From IMG/VR virus record IMGVR_UViG_3300033463_000007, positions 159,865-223,864 of that record: a stretch of DNA of 64,000 nucleotides. One strand, written 5' to 3'. A program made the position numbers and the translations under genes. Shown here one piece after another: positions 62,352 to 64,000 of this stretch. The notes beneath the pieces are model-generated. The model ran no database searches. It saw nothing but the letters and a program-made list of their open reading frames with translations, and was not told the origin of the DNA. Position 1 is the first letter of the stretch. Each line of letters begins with the position of its first letter. This DNA comes from a virus (lineage: Duplodnaviria; Heunggongvirae; Uroviricota; Caudoviricetes).

Positions 62352-63290
62352 ATGGATTTAGAAAATTTTTCTTATTCAAAATTAGATACCTATACTCAAT
62401 GCCCATTTAAATTTAAACTAAAATATATTGATGGATTTTATTTTTATGCAGATTCTATAAATACGGAAATAGGGACTGCCGTTCATAAATGTGAGGAACA
62501 AATTGCTAAAGATATTCAGGCTCAACGAAATATAGACTATATAAAATATAAAAATGAGCTTTTATTAGTTTTAGCAGAATTAAAATATAAGTATCCAACA
62601 GAATTTTTTAACTTAGATAAATCTGGGAGAACTTTTGAACAAAAAATATATGAGTATCTAAATTATGGTATTTATAAACTAGAACAATATATGAAAGATC
62701 ATCCAACATATAAAATTGTTGGTATTGAGCAACCTTTTAAAGTAGTTTATAAGTCAGGTCAAAATTTAAATGGCTTTATTGATAGAATTTTTTATGATGA
62801 GGTATCACATAAATATATTATTCAAGATATAAAAACTTATGCAGTACCAATTGAAACTGAAAAATTAACTACACCACTTCAATTTGTAGTTTATACTTAT
62901 GCTGTTCAGGATTTATATAAATGTAAGCTAAGTCAAATAATTTGTCAGTATTATTTACCATTTTGTTCTATAACACAAACAGCTTGTACGACTGGTTATC
63001 TTTCACGAGGCGAAGCTAAAATAGATAAAATTTTTATAAATATTGCTGAGCAGAATTTTGAACCAAAGCCGACGCCATTATGTAATTGGTGTGAATATGC
63101 AGCTACTAATCCAGATGCTGGAGAAGAAAGTAAATTTAAATGCCCATATTTTTGTTATTGGGATCGTAATACTCGCAATTCTAAAGATATTACAAAATTA
63201 GAAAATAAATGGCAAGGATTAGAACAGCACAATAAAATTATGGAAAACTATTTAACAAAACATAATTTAAATAAAAAGGAGGTGAATTAA
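62352..63290 (+). CDS. PD-(D/E)xK nuclease with C-terminal 4-Cys cluster (Cas4/RecB-like exonuclease)
   Basis: N-terminal C at QCPFKF; NGFIDRIFYDEVSHKYIIQDIKTY (D...QDIK motif); C-terminal CNWCEY...KFKCPYFC Fe-S-like cysteines. Confidence 0.5.
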   Translation: MDLENFSYSKLDTYTQCPFKFKLKYIDGFYFYADSINTEIGTAVHKCEEQIAKDIQAQRNIDYIKYKNELLLVLAELKYKYPTEFFNLDKSGRTFEQKIYEYLNYGIYKLEQYMKDHPTYKIVGIEQPFKVVYKSGQNLNGFIDRIFYDEVSHKYIIQDIKTYAVPIETEKLTTPLQFVVYTYAVQDLYKCKLSQIICQYYLPFCSITQTACTTGYLSRGEAKIDKIFINIAEQNFEPKPTPLCNWCEYAATNPDAGEESKFKCPYFCYWDRNTRNSKDITKLENKWQGLEQHNKIMENYLTKHNLNKKEVN

Positions 63291-63476
63291 ATGGCAAAAG
63301 TAATTGTAAATCCAGAAGATGGCCTTGAAGCTGCACTTCGTAAGTTTAAGAAGCAAGTTATAAAAGAAGGTATTCTTGATGATCTTAAAAAGAAAGAATA
63401 TTATAAATCAAAGTCTGTAAAAAGACGTGAGAAGTCAAAGGAAGCAAGACGTAGACTTGAATTAGGTAAAAATTAA
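63291..63476 (+). CDS. rpsU: Ribosomal protein bS21
   Basis: MAKVIVNPEDGLEAALRKFKKQVIKEGILDDLKKKEYYKSKSVKRREKSKEARRRL aligns with bacterial S21 ([42 protein letters not shown]...). Confidence 0.7.
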   Translation: MAKVIVNPEDGLEAALRKFKKQVIKEGILDDLKKKEYYKSKSVKRREKSKEARRRLELGKN

Positions 63477-63489
63477 ATTATATGAATAC

Positions 63490-64000
63490 AAATATTTGTT
63501 ATGACATTTTAATAATTGGTGCGGGACCTGCTGGAATGACTGCTGCTATTTATGCTGGAAGATCTAATAAACAAGTAGCTTTAATTGACAAAAATGGTTT
63601 TGGTGGAAATATTGCCAATTCACCTAAAGTAGAGAATATTCCAGGTTTTGTTAGCATTTCGGGTGCAGATTTTGCAGCCAATATGTATGAGCAAATAAGT
63701 AATTTTTCAACTGTAAATCATATTATTGCAGAAGCATTATTTATAGACTATCGATATGGCTTGTTTAGAATTACACTAGATGATAAATCTATAATTTGCG
63801 GTAAAACATTAATTTTTGCTACCGGTACAGAACACAGGCAATTAAAATTAGATACTAAGGATATTTATTATTGCGCTACTTGTGATGGACCATTTTTTAA
63901 AAATAAAAATGTTATTGTGGTGGGATCTGGAAATACTGGTGCCACGTATGCCTTAGAATTATCTACCTATTGTAAAAATGTATATTTATGTGATTTAACA
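63490..64000 (+). CDS. trxB: Thioredoxin reductase-like flavoprotein (5' part; continues beyond window)
   Basis: YDILIIGAGPAGMTAAIYAGRS FAD-binding GxGxxG; CATCDG redox-active CxxC. Confidence 0.65.

Noticed and set aside
135-64000. Possibility that TAA or TAG are also reassigned, prompted by in-frame TAA at 16678, TAG at 35356 and TAA at 53954.
   Set aside because: Nearly all genes terminate at TAA, or at TAG (for example 7114 and 58845), immediately followed by the RBS and start of the next gene. The three internal stops are therefore treated as gene-specific anomalies and not a code change.
1-64000. CRISPR arrays, integrase or transposase genes, prophage att sites.
   Set aside because: No regularly spaced direct repeats were seen. 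No tyrosine or serine recombinase motifs were found in any frame. The only tRNA-derived fragment (47021-47080) contains both acceptor strands and is not an att-type 3' fragment.

Overview
This window is a 64-kb stretch of an AT-rich (~28-30% GC) tailed-phage genome. It is almost entirely on the + strand, with Firmicutes-like GGAGG ribosome-binding sites, extended -10 promoters and rho-independent terminators. The central observation is that TGA is read as a sense codon, almost certainly Trp. At least 25 genes are only intact if TGA is translated, and the TGA positions fall on conserved Trp sites such as the NSWG and SWG motifs of papain-like peptidases. TAA and TAG still terminate genes. The window encodes what looks like a complete stop-codon-recoding toolkit, read here as phage-driven TGA recoding like that reported in uncultivated gut phages:
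- tRNA-Trp with a UCA anticodon, whose anticodon loop is interrupted between positions 34 and 35 by a ~290-nt group-I-like intron (14812-15175).
- Adjacent, TGA-free genes for tryptophanyl-tRNA synthetase (trpS) and release factor 1 (prfA, which does not read UGA).
- A tmRNA, a ribosomal protein S21 gene, and an RNA-repair enzyme of the polynucleotide kinase-phosphatase-ligase (Pnkp) type.
TGA-free genes cluster among replication, nucleotide-metabolism and recoding genes. TGA-rich genes are the tail fibres, peptidases, lysins, holins and homing endonucleases. This fits the idea that TGA suppression gates late and lytic expression.
Other content:
- A second tRNA (Thr, UGU) split by a td-like group I intron carrying an HNH endonuclease, and a DNA polymerase I gene split by a GIY-YIG endonuclease insertion.
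- A free-standing HNH endonuclease gene with NUMOD3-like repeats, and a tRNA remnant lacking its anticodon arm.
- A mosaic family of tail-fibre-like genes built from shuffled TGT(Y/F)T repeat modules; one carries a GC-rich N-terminal module that looks foreign, and one has a C-terminal Hint (intein-like) domain.
- A T4-like replication set: split topoisomerase II on the - strand, helicase, primase, RecA-like recombinase, sliding clamp and clamp loader.
- A folate/thymidylate module (FolD, DHFR, a ThyA-family enzyme with atypical motifs, dCMP deaminase, thymidine kinase, nucleoside deoxyribosyltransferase, nucleotidase).
- An HslV/proteasome-like hydrolase, a band-7 (SPFH) membrane protein, a small ribbon-helix-helix (RHH) regulator, and two recurring intergenic motifs (a terminator-plus-TGnTATAAT cassette and TTGCTAAATTAATTAG).
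- Three genes carry an in-frame TAA or TAG, or a frame break, inside a conserved motif.
All coordinates come from manual translation with TGA read as Trp. No similarity search could be run.
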